Shown here: piece after piece, positions 47,410-57,318 of the stretch
Position numbering within the stretch: position 1 is the first letter of the stretch
Layout: every line of letters starts with the position of its first letter
Assembly: GCA_021604765.1 (NCBI GenBank)
Contig: BQJP01000001.1
Location: 262,226 to 326,225 of the forward strand
DNA length: 64,000 nucleotides
Source of the DNA: Thermodesulfobacteriota bacterium
Lineage (GTDB): Bacteria > Desulfobacterota_D > UBA1144 > Nemesobacterales > UBA2774
Direction: 5' to 3'
The notes under the pieces: model-generated
Told to the model about the DNA's origin: nothing
Seen by the model: the letters and a program-made list of their open reading frames with translations, nothing else
The model's database searches: none
Made by a program: the position numbers and the translations under genes

Positions 47410-48447
47410 ATGTTTAGAATACTTTTGATCCGAATCTCATTAGCTTTTCTATGCTTTTTCCTATTCTCTCCTATCATCACACATGCGTATGAGCCGAAAC
47501 CCACGAGTGTTATAAAAAGTGGTAATACTGGGGGAAAACCGAAACAGGTTCAAGTTGGAATATACGTGATAAACATTGAAGAGGTGAACAGTGCGAAACA
47601 AAGTTATCAAGCAACAATTGCCTTAGATATGAAATGGAACGACCCCACTCTGATATGCGGTCCGTCGGAAGATAAAGGCATAATCCGTAAGTTTAACCTT
47701 AAAGATATTTGGAACCCGAGCATGATTATAGCCAATCAGGAGCATATTGAAAAACAGTTCACGTATCAAGCCTGGGTAGATTGTTTAGGCAATGTAGAAT
47801 ACACGGAGATTGTGTTCGGCGACTTTTTGACAATTGCAAATATTAAGGAATTTCCATTTGACCAGCGCCCTTTGACAATTGAATTAGTTTCTACGGAATT
47901 CGATACCAGTGAATTGCAATTTGTTAATGACAAATCGATCACTGGGCGTGATTCAGATCTCTCCGTTGCAGACTGGTATATTGATAAAGTACCCGTTGCC
48001 GAGTCGACGGCTTATCATTTCAAACCCGGAAATCGTGAGCTTTCATCGTTTGTTTATACACTCTCAGCTAAACGTAATTCTAGTTTCTTTGTGTGGAAGA
48101 TAATTATCCCGCTTATTCTGATTGTAATAATGTCGTGGGCAGTATTCTGGATTCCCCCGAGTCAGTTAGGGCCTCAAATCGGCTTATCTATGACCTCGAT
48201 GCTCACACTGATTGCTTATCGTTTTGCCATAGGGCATGTCGTACCTGACGTTTCCTACCTTACCCGCTTTGACAAATTTGTATTTGGTTCCACATTGCTG
48301 GTATTTCTGGCTTTTGCAGAGGCCATAGTAAGTGGGTCTCTAAGTTACGAGAATAATGATAAGCTGGCTAAAACAATAGACTTTTATTCACGCTTTATAT
48401 TTCCGGCAATATTCATATGTATATTGATCTATTCGTTGTTTCTATAA
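47410..48447 (+). CDS. Prokaryotic pentameric ligand-gated ion channel; second paralog.
   Basis: KWNDPTL and IWNPSMIIANQ motifs. C-terminal TM helices. A candidate promoter TTGACA-N17-TAGTGT lies upstream. Confidence 0.65.
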   Translation: MFRILLIRISLAFLCFFLFSPIITHAYEPKPTSVIKSGNTGGKPKQVQVGIYVINIEEVNSAKQSYQATIALDMKWNDPTLICGPSEDKGIIRKFNLKDIWNPSMIIANQEHIEKQFTYQAWVDCLGNVEYTEIVFGDFLTIANIKEFPFDQRPLTIELVSTEFDTSELQFVNDKSITGRDSDLSVADWYIDKVPVAESTAYHFKPGNRELSSFVYTLSAKRNSSFFVWKIIIPLILIVIMSWAVFWIPPSQLGPQIGLSMTSMLTLIAYRFAIGHVVPDVSYLTRFDKFVFGSTLLVFLAFAEAIVSGSLSYENNDKLAKTIDFYSRFIFPAIFICILIYSLFL

Positions 48448-48505
48448 TCCAGCTCAGCTCTGAAATGATAATTTTCTAGTACCGGAGGCGATACAAAAAG
48501 TCGCA

Positions 48506-48559
48506 GATTCTCTGCCTCCTCACCCCGAAACAGGGAAAATAAAACGCTTTATCCCACTT
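48506..48559 (+). repeat. Right copy of the 54-bp direct repeat, a decayed remnant of the PaaK-like 3' end.
   Basis: It encodes ..SLPPHPETGKIKRFIPL, compared with the gene end SLPRHPETGKIKRFIPL. Confidence 0.7.
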
Positions 48560-48608
48560 AATAAATAAATTTAAGTATCATATCTAACCTATTGTTAATT
48601 AAGTAGAA

Positions 48609-49115
48609 TTAATATAGCCAACTTCTGTATTCAGAGTTGTTATCCTTCATTTCTTCATAGAGCCAGACCATGCGGTCGAGGAACCATGTTTTTCCAAGAA
48701 AAACGAGCACAATTCCAAAGATGGTAGGCCAAATTGCGAGCACAATCAACCCATAGACGCATATGATAGCTCCGATTGAAGATACAGCTGTGAGAAAGTT
48801 GATAATCTTATAATGATGGCTGGGAACTGGGATATTTTTTCTATTTAGCCAAACCCTCTCACCAAGCACTGCTTTAGAAGTCCAGCTCTGTGTAGTTTTA
48901 GGCTTCTTAAAAATCCTCGGGTTTATATAGACCCAGACTAAGGCAGCTGCAACGGGCAAAACAGCCCACCATCCTATCCACACGCGGCACCATACAGCTA
49001 ATGCCAGAAGGGGCATTGTAGAATAACGCGTCCAGACGCTCCAGGGGTTGGCATGGCGTGCCCATACCTCATCTGTCATCTTAAAAAATTTAGCTATCGA
49101 TTTCTCAAGCGTCAT
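48609..49115 (-). CDS. Hypothetical membrane protein with 4-5 TM helices.
   Basis: Hydrophobic helices. Confidence 0.35.
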   Translation of the reverse strand: MTLEKSIAKFFKMTDEVWARHANPWSVWTRYSTMPLLALAVWCRVWIGWWAVLPVAAALVWVYINPRIFKKPKTTQSWTSKAVLGERVWLNRKNIPVPSHHYKIINFLTAVSSIGAIICVYGLIVLAIWPTIFGIVLVFLGKTWFLDRMVWLYEEMKDNNSEYRSWLY

Positions 49116-49258
49116 GGAACTTTATAATATCATAATAGCGCCTGTCATTTCGACTGAAGCGAGAAATCTCATTTCATTAAGAGTAAATTTGTTTCTGGTA
49201 AAATGGGCGATTGTGAGCTACACTTATTTTTATATCTAAAAAGCAGGAGGCGTTAATC

Positions 49259-49411
49259 ATGAAAAGATTATTATTCACATTAGCAATTGCATTAGGACTA
49301 GCATTCGGAAGCTTTGCAATCACGTCTTCTGACGTGCAGGCTTGCAATGGTAAAGATAAAGGCGCTACAACTGAAGATACCACTGGTAGTTCAGAAGGTA
49401 CTGAGTCCTAA
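49259..49411 (+). CDS. Small secreted peptide of 50 aa (signal peptide plus a Thr/Glu-rich tail); not in the ORF track.
   Basis: AGGAGG lies 8 nt upstream of the ATG. A terminator follows. Confidence 0.3.
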   Translation: MKRLLFTLAIALGLAFGSFAITSSDVQACNGKDKGATTEDTTGSSEGTES

Positions 49412-49446
49412 TAACGCTTTACTTCATAATTTAGAAGAGAGGCAAT

Positions 49447-49492
49447 AAAAAGCTCTGACCTAGTTAGAAATGACTGAGTCAGGGCTTTTTTT
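49447..49492. terminator. Bidirectional intrinsic terminator (GCTCTGAC..GTCAGGGC with A and T runs).
   Basis: Sits between convergent genes. Confidence 0.55.
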
Positions 49493-49494
49493 TA

Positions 49495-49890
49495 TTAGTT
49501 ATTAAGATAGGCTTTTTCTAAAGCGGCTGTATCTTCAAACATTTTATATGAGATTATCTGTCCGTCCTTAACTTTACATACAAGTGACCATTCACATTCA
49601 AACATCCTGTCAGTTTTCTTAACCCTATGTTTCATAAGGCCAATCGCGAAAATATAATCATCTTTTTCCACAATATCATAGATTTCATATGCTTCGGTAT
49701 CGAAAAGCTCGCCTAGGATTCGGATAAAATCCCTGACGCCGTCTTTTCCGTAGAAGTTCCCGTATATAGGCACTGTGTCAGGTCCGGGCGCAGAGAATAC
49801 TGCGTCTTCGTGGACTGATTCAAGAGCTTTCTCTAAATCGCCTTCTTCTAATCCCATAAAGAATTTCTGTACTGCATTTAATTCGCTCAT
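49495..49890 (-). CDS. NTF2/SnoaL-like small protein.
   Basis: Size and secondary-structure pattern. Confidence 0.4.
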   Translation of the reverse strand: MSELNAVQKFFMGLEEGDLEKALESVHEDAVFSAPGPDTVPIYGNFYGKDGVRDFIRILGELFDTEAYEIYDIVEKDDYIFAIGLMKHRVKKTDRMFECEWSLVCKVKDGQIISYKMFEDTAALEKAYLNN

Positions 49891-49911
49891 TTTTTTCTTC
49901 CTATCGAAACC

Positions 49912-50310
49912 TTAAACTTCAATTTTATAAACACTGTCAGGTTTTATTTTAAATATGACCCTTACATCCCCCGGCTGATGATAGGGGTATTCATCAAGCC
50001 CTAAATATTTTTTGGCGAGTTTGTCTGTATGCTCCTTAGCGCCGTCATGAGTTTCTTCAACAACCTTTCCTCTTATCATTGCTTGCCTGTATGGATTTTC
50101 AGAATCAACAATCGCAAGAGCAACTCTCTTATCTTTTCTGAAATTGTCTGTTTTGACGCGGCCCTCTGCAGTGTTGACAAGAATATTCTCGCCATCTGAA
50201 TCAACCCACATCACGCTTACCTGTGGGGAGCCGTCTTTCATTAAAGTGGCAACCGAAGCAAAACTCTTACTTCCCGTGATAAGATTTTCTACAAATTCGT
50301 CTAAAGCCAT
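49912..50310 (-). CDS. Pyridoxamine 5'-phosphate oxidase-like (PPOX class, FMN/F420 split-barrel) protein.
   Basis: The pattern ..VATLMKDGSPQVSVMWVDSDGENILVNT..R..KTDNFRKDKRVAL. Confidence 0.55.
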   Translation of the reverse strand: MALDEFVENLITGSKSFASVATLMKDGSPQVSVMWVDSDGENILVNTAEGRVKTDNFRKDKRVALAIVDSENPYRQAMIRGKVVEETHDGAKEHTDKLAKKYLGLDEYPYHQPGDVRVIFKIKPDSVYKIEV

Positions 50311-50488
50311 TTTGCTGCCTCCTTTTAGTAGATAGAATTCGCTCTCATAAAATTACTAAGAAGTTGCATTTTAAGTCTAGCTTAAGGGTAGGGGATAATA
50401 AAGGAAATTAACTTGAATTTAATATTTTATGAGAAAAAAGGGACAAACCGCCTGGTATGCCCCTTTGTCATTTTGTTATTTGAAAAAC

Positions 50489-51568
50489 TTATATCTCTAA
50501 TTTAGCCTGACGACGTCTTAAGAAAACAACTGCGACACCAAGTAACATTACTACAGTAGCAATGAGCCCATACTCCGAAAGTGTTGGAACTTCCGCAACA
50601 AGCTGTTCACCCCTAACTACCAGGGCGGCAAATTGATTCGTCTCATCAGCTATGAATCCAATAACATCAATATCACCGTTGAACTGGTCTATTGTTACAA
50701 GGAAATTACCGTTTTCTATGCCGTTGGTAGTTGCTTCAGGTCCTATCCCATTACCTAAATGAGCTAGGACAGCGAAGAAGTCACCTATGCCATCAAAGTC
50801 TTTGGACCCTATAATATTATCCCCTATAATAAATTCGGGTGGGTATATGAGATTGTCTATGAATGTAGCGTTTCCGGTGGTTTGGTTTAGGATGTTGATT
50901 GCTCCGGGGGTGTTTCGATTGTCTGTGCACTGAAAAAGGGTGTCCATACCGTTAAAACCAATTGCGCTCCATGTATCGTCAGATCCTGTCGGCCCGAGAA
51001 CTGTCAAATTACCGGTTTGGGTATTAATAATGGCCAGTGAGTTTGCGGATACTGTATTGGTAGTGTTCTCAGCTTCCAATGCGTTACCCTCACCATTTAA
51101 ATGAGCGAAGAGAGTACCGTCGGATCTGAATGAAATATCAGAGACAAAATCTCCTCGTCCTAATTCCAGTGATCCTATTTCAGTCGCTTGTCCAGTATTT
51201 GGGTCTAATATTAACAAATATGAGTTGAATAACCCATTTCGTGTAAGCAGTATTGGATCTACGCCGTTTTCTTCGATTTTCTCACATACCGCGAAAAATT
51301 CTCCTGTATCAGGATGTATGTCCAGACCCGTACATCTGGTATAACCGTTTATAGTTCCTATTTCAGTTGGGGTGCCTGTATTAAGATTAATCGAATACAA
51401 TACTGAATCTAAAAATGGTGATAACCGTGGTTCGACTACTTCTTCTGGCGGCAGTTCCTTTATTTGAGATTCAGTGCCAATACCATATATTTTCAGCTGT
51501 GCCATTGCCGGTAATGCCGATACAACAAATAAAGTTAAGACTAAAAATAATCTTACTAAACTTTTCAT
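50489..51568 (-). CDS. Secreted beta-propeller-like protein with a variant IPTL-CTERM tail. Start revised to 51568.
   Basis: The C-terminus is VPTLSEYGLIATVVMLLGVAVVFLRRRQAKLEI. RBS GGAGGG. Confidence 0.5.
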   Translation of the reverse strand: MKSLVRLFLVLTLFVVSALPAMAQLKIYGIGTESQIKELPPEEVVEPRLSPFLDSVLYSINLNTGTPTEIGTINGYTRCTGLDIHPDTGEFFAVCEKIEENGVDPILLTRNGLFNSYLLILDPNTGQATEIGSLELGRGDFVSDISFRSDGTLFAHLNGEGNALEAENTTNTVSANSLAIINTQTGNLTVLGPTGSDDTWSAIGFNGMDTLFQCTDNRNTPGAINILNQTTGNATFIDNLIYPPEFIIGDNIIGSKDFDGIGDFFAVLAHLGNGIGPEATTNGIENGNFLVTIDQFNGDIDVIGFIADETNQFAALVVRGEQLVAEVPTLSEYGLIATVVMLLGVAVVFLRRRQAKLEI

Positions 51569-51835
51569 ATATCCCTCCAAAAAAATGTTGTTTAATTTTA
51601 CAAACGTTTGTTTTTTGTGTTTCTAAAGATTGTTTTAATTTCGATTCAGTTAGAAGGGTTGAGACTAAAGACTAACGTTGCAAGGTTACTACTCTTTATC
51701 TCTGACCGCCATCTTCTTATCTAAGTTCGATATTATCATATCGAAAATGAGAATGCAATAAATATGTATATGTCTATATTGCAATATGCATCTTGGGAAT
51801 TGATTTGTTCTTGAACGGCCTAACAAGGGATTTGT

Positions 51836-52600
51836 TTACGAGGCATTCCAGCCGCCATCTACAGGAAGCAAGTGACCTGTAATAAATTCTGAGTTGTCAT
51901 CGCACAGAAATAATATTGAATGAGCGACTTCTTTCGCTGTTGCAATTCTGCCTAGTGGGTGGAGGCTCTTCATAAACTCAATAGCATCGTCCCTGTCTTC
52001 TGCTCTTTCAAGATAACCCTCTGTTACAAGAGGGGTCTCAACAAATCCAGGGCAGACAGCGTTCACTCTTATATGATTGGGCGCGTATTCAATAGCCATA
52101 CATCTTGTAAGCTGGGCAACAGCTCCTTTAGATGCGGCATAAGCAGCTACTCCTGAAAACCCCTTGAGTCCTATTACTGAAGAGCTATTTACAATTGCTC
52201 CGCTCCTTTGCTCCATCATGTGCGGGAGTACGTATTTGGACATCAGCCACATGCCCCTCACATTTACATTGAAAGTCTTATCCCACTCCAGGCTTGATAT
52301 TTCATGAGTAGCGCCGGGAAGAAGTATCCCCGCGTTGTTGATTAGAATGTCTATGTGTCCATATTTTTCCACTACATATTCTACTATTGCTTTACAGCAG
52401 TCTTCATCTGATATGTCATTAACAAGATAGTCTATTTCGGGGCCTAGTTTTCTGGATTCTTTTTGCACTTGCCTGAGCTTATCAACTCTTCTTCCGATTA
52501 TGACTACGTTTGCGCCTTCCTCGGTAAATAGTAGCGCTGTTTCTCTGCCTATCCCTGTTCCGCCGCCGGTTACAACTACAGTTTTATCCTTAAATCTCAT
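51836..52600 (-). CDS. SDR family short-chain dehydrogenase/reductase.
   Basis: Cofactor motif TGGGTGIG, the NNAG motif, and the catalytic YAASK. Confidence 0.85.
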   Translation of the reverse strand: MRFKDKTVVVTGGGTGIGRETALLFTEEGANVVIIGRRVDKLRQVQKESRKLGPEIDYLVNDISDEDCCKAIVEYVVEKYGHIDILINNAGILLPGATHEISSLEWDKTFNVNVRGMWLMSKYVLPHMMEQRSGAIVNSSSVIGLKGFSGVAAYAASKGAVAQLTRCMAIEYAPNHIRVNAVCPGFVETPLVTEGYLERAEDRDDAIEFMKSLHPLGRIATAKEVAHSILFLCDDNSEFITGHLLPVDGGWNAS

Positions 52601-52880
52601 TGAGCTGGATCTCCATTTGGATATGTGAATATATCAAATTCTTGAATTTGTGCTTACCTTAAATCCTATAATATACAGTTTATTTGAGAACTACAATTAA
52701 CTATTCCTCCAATAAATTTTGCTTCAAATTTCTGACAGCAAAATTTTTGACATATACTAGATATATAGATGCTAGTAATATTGTAAAGGTTTCATAAGTT
52801 CTTATCGTTGGCTTTTTAAAAACAATGCTTCTATAAAATAGATTATATCTAGTTTCTATAAAGAAGAGATAGAGGAATAT

Positions 52881-53261
52881 TTATTTATTCTTGCGTGTCC
52901 ATGTGCCATCAAGTACTTTGACTCGCTCCTGACATGTGTCGGAAATTGATGAAAAAGTTAAATTCTTTTTGGTAACTGTGTATGAATAAGTTCCGGGATT
53001 GAAACAAGTATCGTCTTCAAAGGTAATATTATCCTTTGAAAGGCTGTATCTGCCATTAGTATCAGTATGGTCCTTAGATGAGGATTTAAATATGAAGAGC
53101 GAGCTATCTTTTAACTCAAGAGTTCCTAATTCCTCACCCTCGGTTTGGGTTGAATATTTAATCCAAGTCCCATCGGGTTCTGTTGGGTGCTGTTCTTTGC
53201 ATCCGAGAGTTAGCAGAAGTCCCAGTACCAAAACACAGTGAAGCGCTTTTTGTGAAATCAT
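52881..53261 (-). CDS. Lipoprotein, hypothetical.
   Basis: Lipobox LTLGC. Confidence 0.4.
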   Translation of the reverse strand: MISQKALHCVLVLGLLLTLGCKEQHPTEPDGTWIKYSTQTEGEELGTLELKDSSLFIFKSSSKDHTDTNGRYSLSKDNITFEDDTCFNPGTYSYTVTKKNLTFSSISDTCQERVKVLDGTWTRKNK

Positions 53262-53420
53262 TAGAACATTCTAAGCCATTAGCCTGTATTCCTCAAGTTT
53301 TAAAATTTGGTGCGCATTCTGAAAGCCAATCAATTGTCCAGAAGTCATAGTTTGCATTCTGAGCAGATCTGAGAGTAAAGAACCAAAGCCCTCTGTTTCT
53401 TTAAAAGCAAAGTTGTTCTT

Positions 53421-54344
53421 TTAAGCTGATAGTTTTTTCCTTCTGATGACTAGTAAGCCTGCAATTCCCAATATTGCCGCAAGGGTTATGAGTCCCCATT
53501 GTGAAATGGTCGGTATTGGATTGGGCAAAGGAGGGGCAAAAGGTCCCGGGTTGGCAGAACAGGAAAACCCATCGATTGATGCTGTAAGCCCCTCAGGCAG
53601 CGTCTTGCCGATTGATGTTGCCTCTCCAGTTTGAGTGTTTAGTTGGTAGAAGATTCCCTCACCTGTTCTGTCAGAACCATAAACATTTCCACGTGCATCA
53701 GCGTACATAGAGCCAAAAACTCCATTTGCCTCAAGTCCGGTAAGCCCTCTTTCTTCAAATGTGCCGGTTTCGATATCTATAGCTATTAGGGTTTGAGCAG
53801 GTACCTGAGATGCTCCAATATTTTGAGTGACTGCATAGAACAATCCATCTACAGGATTGTATGCAATATCTGATATACCAAAATTTGATCCAGCTATATT
53901 TATGGAGTTTACAACTTCTACTGTGTCAACATCTATAGCATGTATAATATTAAATACATTACTAGTGCCTCCAGCATTTACATATAATAAGTCGTCCCCG
54001 CCAAAATCTCCGACAGGATAAAGAGGCACGCTTGAAAGGCCTGCTATCGTTCCAAGCTCTTCAACACTACCGTTTGCAGATACTCGTACTAGTTGTAAAT
54101 CATCTCTTGTAAATGTCACACCGTAAGCGAAATTGTCTTTTTGTCTATATCCAGTCGCATTGATACGTCTTCCTGCATTGTTTGGTTCTATTTCAAATAT
54201 ATTTCTCTCTATATCATATTTGAGCAGTTGTCCTTCAGAGCTAAAGACTTGATAAAAAAGTCTGCTGCATTCAAAGGGCCGTTGTCCAAAAGCGTTTGTA
54301 GATAGAGTTGCAAAAATGGCAAAGAGTATGATTTTTAATAACAT
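53421..54344 (-). CDS. Secreted beta-propeller-like protein with an IPTL-CTERM-like tail.
   Basis: The C-terminus is IPTISQWGLITLAAILGIAGLLVIRRKKLSA. RBS GGAGGGG. Confidence 0.5.
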   Translation of the reverse strand: MLLKIILFAIFATLSTNAFGQRPFECSRLFYQVFSSEGQLLKYDIERNIFEIEPNNAGRRINATGYRQKDNFAYGVTFTRDDLQLVRVSANGSVEELGTIAGLSSVPLYPVGDFGGDDLLYVNAGGTSNVFNIIHAIDVDTVEVVNSINIAGSNFGISDIAYNPVDGLFYAVTQNIGASQVPAQTLIAIDIETGTFEERGLTGLEANGVFGSMYADARGNVYGSDRTGEGIFYQLNTQTGEATSIGKTLPEGLTASIDGFSCSANPGPFAPPLPNPIPTISQWGLITLAAILGIAGLLVIRRKKLSA

Positions 54345-54476
54345 CTTCCCCTCCTAAAATTAAAATAAATAGTTTGTACTTTTAGATGCTGGAAAGTTGA
54401 TGTCGTTTCACTATTTAAAGAAATGATTGTTTGTTTTATGTTTGCTAATAATAGATGCATTATGAAAAAAAGAAAA

Positions 54477-54941
54477 TTATGGAATTCCATTAAGCGCCAG
54501 GTTTTTGTTTTTATACCTCTCATCAAGTGTAACTTCTTCTCCGAACCACTCAAGTGGTTCAAAGTTCGAGCTTTGTTCTTCTGTGTCAAATTCCACCTCT
54601 GCAACCACTAGTCCAGCTAAATCGCCAGAGTAAATATCAAGTTCTATCAGAAATTCTTCATAATCTATATCGTATCTGACTTTTAAGACCCGTCTGCCCT
54701 CGGTCTCTGGCCAATGCTCCAAGAATTCAGCTTCAGTGATTTCTTTCTCCACTTCTTTTCTGACAAGACCAGTGCCCGATTTTACAGTGTGATAACAGCG
54801 CTCGCCTTTTTTGCGCACTCTGATCTCAACATCGTTATCGGTGATCATAAGATAGCCCTGAATGATTTCACTATGGGGGTAGCGGTCAAGCTCTGAAGGG
54901 AGATTCTTTACTAAAAACTTTCTTTCAATTTCATGTGCCAT
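54477..54941 (-). CDS. CYTH domain protein (triphosphate tunnel metalloenzyme).
   Basis: N-terminal EIERKF motif. Confidence 0.7.
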   Translation of the reverse strand: MAHEIERKFLVKNLPSELDRYPHSEIIQGYLMITDNDVEIRVRKKGERCYHTVKSGTGLVRKEVEKEITEAEFLEHWPETEGRRVLKVRYDIDYEEFLIELDIYSGDLAGLVVAEVEFDTEEQSSNFEPLEWFGEEVTLDERYKNKNLALNGIP

Positions 54942-54951
54942 AGAGTGGTGG

Positions 54952-55692
54952 TTATAAAACTGATTTTATTTCTTTCCAGAGGTCCTTATATGCCTGGGTT
55001 GAGTCGGAATGAGGGCTTGTCACTGGTAAAGGTTCCCGGTGTATGCCCATCTTCTCAACATCAGAGCGGTAGGGGATTTTAGATTCGAAGATATTCTTTC
55101 CTTCTTCCACAATTTTATTCATAGTTTCCTGATGGAGCGTTTTTCTGGTTTCAACCATTGAGAAGAAGGTGTATATCTTCTTAGAGTCTATGTCATTTTT
55201 CTTAAAGAACTTAATCAATTTCTCATAAGTTAGCTCGGACAATGTTGTTGGAATTAGTGGGACGATAATAATGTCAGCGGCATTGAAAACATTCTCTGAG
55301 ATAAGAGATATTCCAGGGGGGCAGTCCATAAATAGATAGTCGTAGTCGTCTTCGAGTTCCTTGAATATTTGCTTAAGTCTTTTCTTTGAATTCTTAAGCG
55401 CATCAAGAGCAAGGTCCAGATTCCGATAAGATAGCTTAGAGGGGAGCAGGTCAAGATTGGGAAAATCGGTGCCTTTGATATTCTTGTCTATATGCTTTCC
55501 ACCCTTAATGAACTTATTGGTGTTGAAGTTCTTAGAAGCGCGGATTCGGAAATAATATGTTGATGCTCCCTGAGGATCCAAATCGCAGAGTAGGGCGTTA
55601 AAACCATCTTGTGCAGCTAAATAAGATAAATTGACTGAGGCTGCTGTTTTCCCAACACCGCCCTTCATGCTGTATATTGCTATTTTTTTCAT
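54952..55692 (-). CDS. ParA/MinD-family ATPase.
   Basis: Deviant Walker A KGGVGKT. Its ATGA overlaps the CHAD gene. Confidence 0.75.
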   Translation of the reverse strand: MKKIAIYSMKGGVGKTAASVNLSYLAAQDGFNALLCDLDPQGASTYYFRIRASKNFNTNKFIKGGKHIDKNIKGTDFPNLDLLPSKLSYRNLDLALDALKNSKKRLKQIFKELEDDYDYLFMDCPPGISLISENVFNAADIIIVPLIPTTLSELTYEKLIKFFKKNDIDSKKIYTFFSMVETRKTLHQETMNKIVEEGKNIFESKIPYRSDVEKMGIHREPLPVTSPHSDSTQAYKDLWKEIKSVL

Positions 55693-57260
55693 ATCGACTT
55701 TATATATCCTTTGCTAAATAGACTCTTGAAAAGAGATGTTGTTTCCTTATCGCTGAACTCATTAAAATTCTCTTTAAATTTCTTCCTTACTCCCATCTGT
55801 TGTTGATAAAGTACTGAAATGAGACCACCTGCGGCAGCAAGGGTCTTTTGTTTGGATTGATCATACCCTATGTCGGTCTGGCTGAGAAACTTTTTAAGAC
55901 TCTCTTGTTGTATACAGAGGTCGTTAAAGTCCCCGAGATTGTCCTGAAGTATTTTTAGGTGTTTGATGATGACTTTCATGTTATCCTCAGGGAAAAGTGA
56001 GGAGAAGAATTCCAAAAGATATCTAAGCTTCTTGCCTTCTATCCTCAGGTTGTGAACCTCTTCGTCAGGGGTATTGCTGTCTATCTTTCTCCCAAGTTTT
56101 ATAACCTTAGAATATTTCTTCCAGATATGTTCTTTAGCAAGCTCAATTATTGCCCTATCACAATTTGGAGCAAGTCCTGGATTGCTGACTTTCTTTCTTA
56201 AAAAATCATCCCATGATTTTATAATTTCTTTATATGTTTGTGATTTAAGGAAATCTGCACAATCTTTCTTAGTTTTTTCTCTCTGCTTAGATAAAGATCG
56301 AAAAATTGGATCAAGTCCGACTCTTAGATCTGCGGGGATCATTTTTTTGTACAAGTCTTCACTTAAGAGGTAAACATCTAAATCTCTAAGTTCATTTGTA
56401 GCTTTTCCGATTATGGAAAACTCTTCTTTGAATTTGTCCGTATCTTCGGGTGAAAAGATAGCCTTTATCTGACTCAGCGCAGAGCGTGTTCTCCTTACTG
56501 CGACTCTAAAATCGTGCAGAAATTCAGTGTCTATGTCCTCTATAATGCCAAATTCATTTACCTGCATCGTTTCAAGTAAGTTGTGGAAAATAAGCTTTGC
56601 CGCATCTTGAGCTTTCATCTCCGGCATTAAATGCACATTGATTTTAGATGAGTAATTAAGTGGGTATTTCCCACTAAACGATCCTGCAGCTGAAATGAGA
56701 TCTCCATCGGAGTTTATAAGTCCAATTGTACCTAAATATTTCTTGAAACTGGTTGCCTGGTCTTCATATCCCCTTACCGTTTTAATCTGCACCACAACAG
56801 CAGGTTTTGAGTGAGAGCTATCTAACATTTTCAGGTCTTTGATGTACACAAAGAGCACAGTTTTCTTGTCTTCGTTTAATAACCTAAGCGTAGCTATGGA
56901 GCGTTGTATATTGGCTAGCGAAAGAAGGGCTCTAATATCTGTTAAGGGCTTAATCTTTTTTCTTAGATCACACTTGGGAAAGTCCCACCAGAACTTTAGA
57001 CTTATATTGTCAGTGTCCTCAAATGTAGCCAAGGGGTGGCCCTGCGTGAGGTCTTTTAGGTAATATGAGTTTCCTTCTTTTACCAGAGCAAGGTTTGCGC
57101 TGTGAAGGCGTCTGTCAAATGTATCAAAGAATTCTTCTTTTTTCTTCTGCGGGGGGTTGAGTACAAAATTGTAATCCGTTGCGAGTTTGCGCAGCAGATC
57201 TGCACGGTCCATTGTATCCGGAAGGCTGTAATATTCACTGTTGTCCGAATGTGCTGTCAT
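55689..57260 (-). CDS. CHAD domain protein, possibly with an N-terminal CYTH-like region.
   Basis: HDFRVAVRRTRSAL matches the CHAD consensus. Size 523 aa. Confidence 0.55.
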   Translation of the reverse strand: MTAHSDNSEYYSLPDTMDRADLLRKLATDYNFVLNPPQKKKEEFFDTFDRRLHSANLALVKEGNSYYLKDLTQGHPLATFEDTDNISLKFWWDFPKCDLRKKIKPLTDIRALLSLANIQRSIATLRLLNEDKKTVLFVYIKDLKMLDSSHSKPAVVVQIKTVRGYEDQATSFKKYLGTIGLINSDGDLISAAGSFSGKYPLNYSSKINVHLMPEMKAQDAAKLIFHNLLETMQVNEFGIIEDIDTEFLHDFRVAVRRTRSALSQIKAIFSPEDTDKFKEEFSIIGKATNELRDLDVYLLSEDLYKKMIPADLRVGLDPIFRSLSKQREKTKKDCADFLKSQTYKEIIKSWDDFLRKKVSNPGLAPNCDRAIIELAKEHIWKKYSKVIKLGRKIDSNTPDEEVHNLRIEGKKLRYLLEFFSSLFPEDNMKVIIKHLKILQDNLGDFNDLCIQQESLKKFLSQTDIGYDQSKQKTLAAAGGLISVLYQQQMGVRKKFKENFNEFSDKETTSLFKSLFSKGYIKSI

Positions 57261-57318
57261 TTATTTAATATATGCGAAATATTTCTGTATAAAAGGGGCT
57301 AAATATTTCCAAGCCTTC

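Noticed and set aside
16511-53500. Dispersed ~95-nt near-identical DNA segments, considered as a MITE or IS remnant.
   Set aside because: They are the in-frame 3' ends (IPTL-CTERM tails) of eight different genes, not independent mobile elements.
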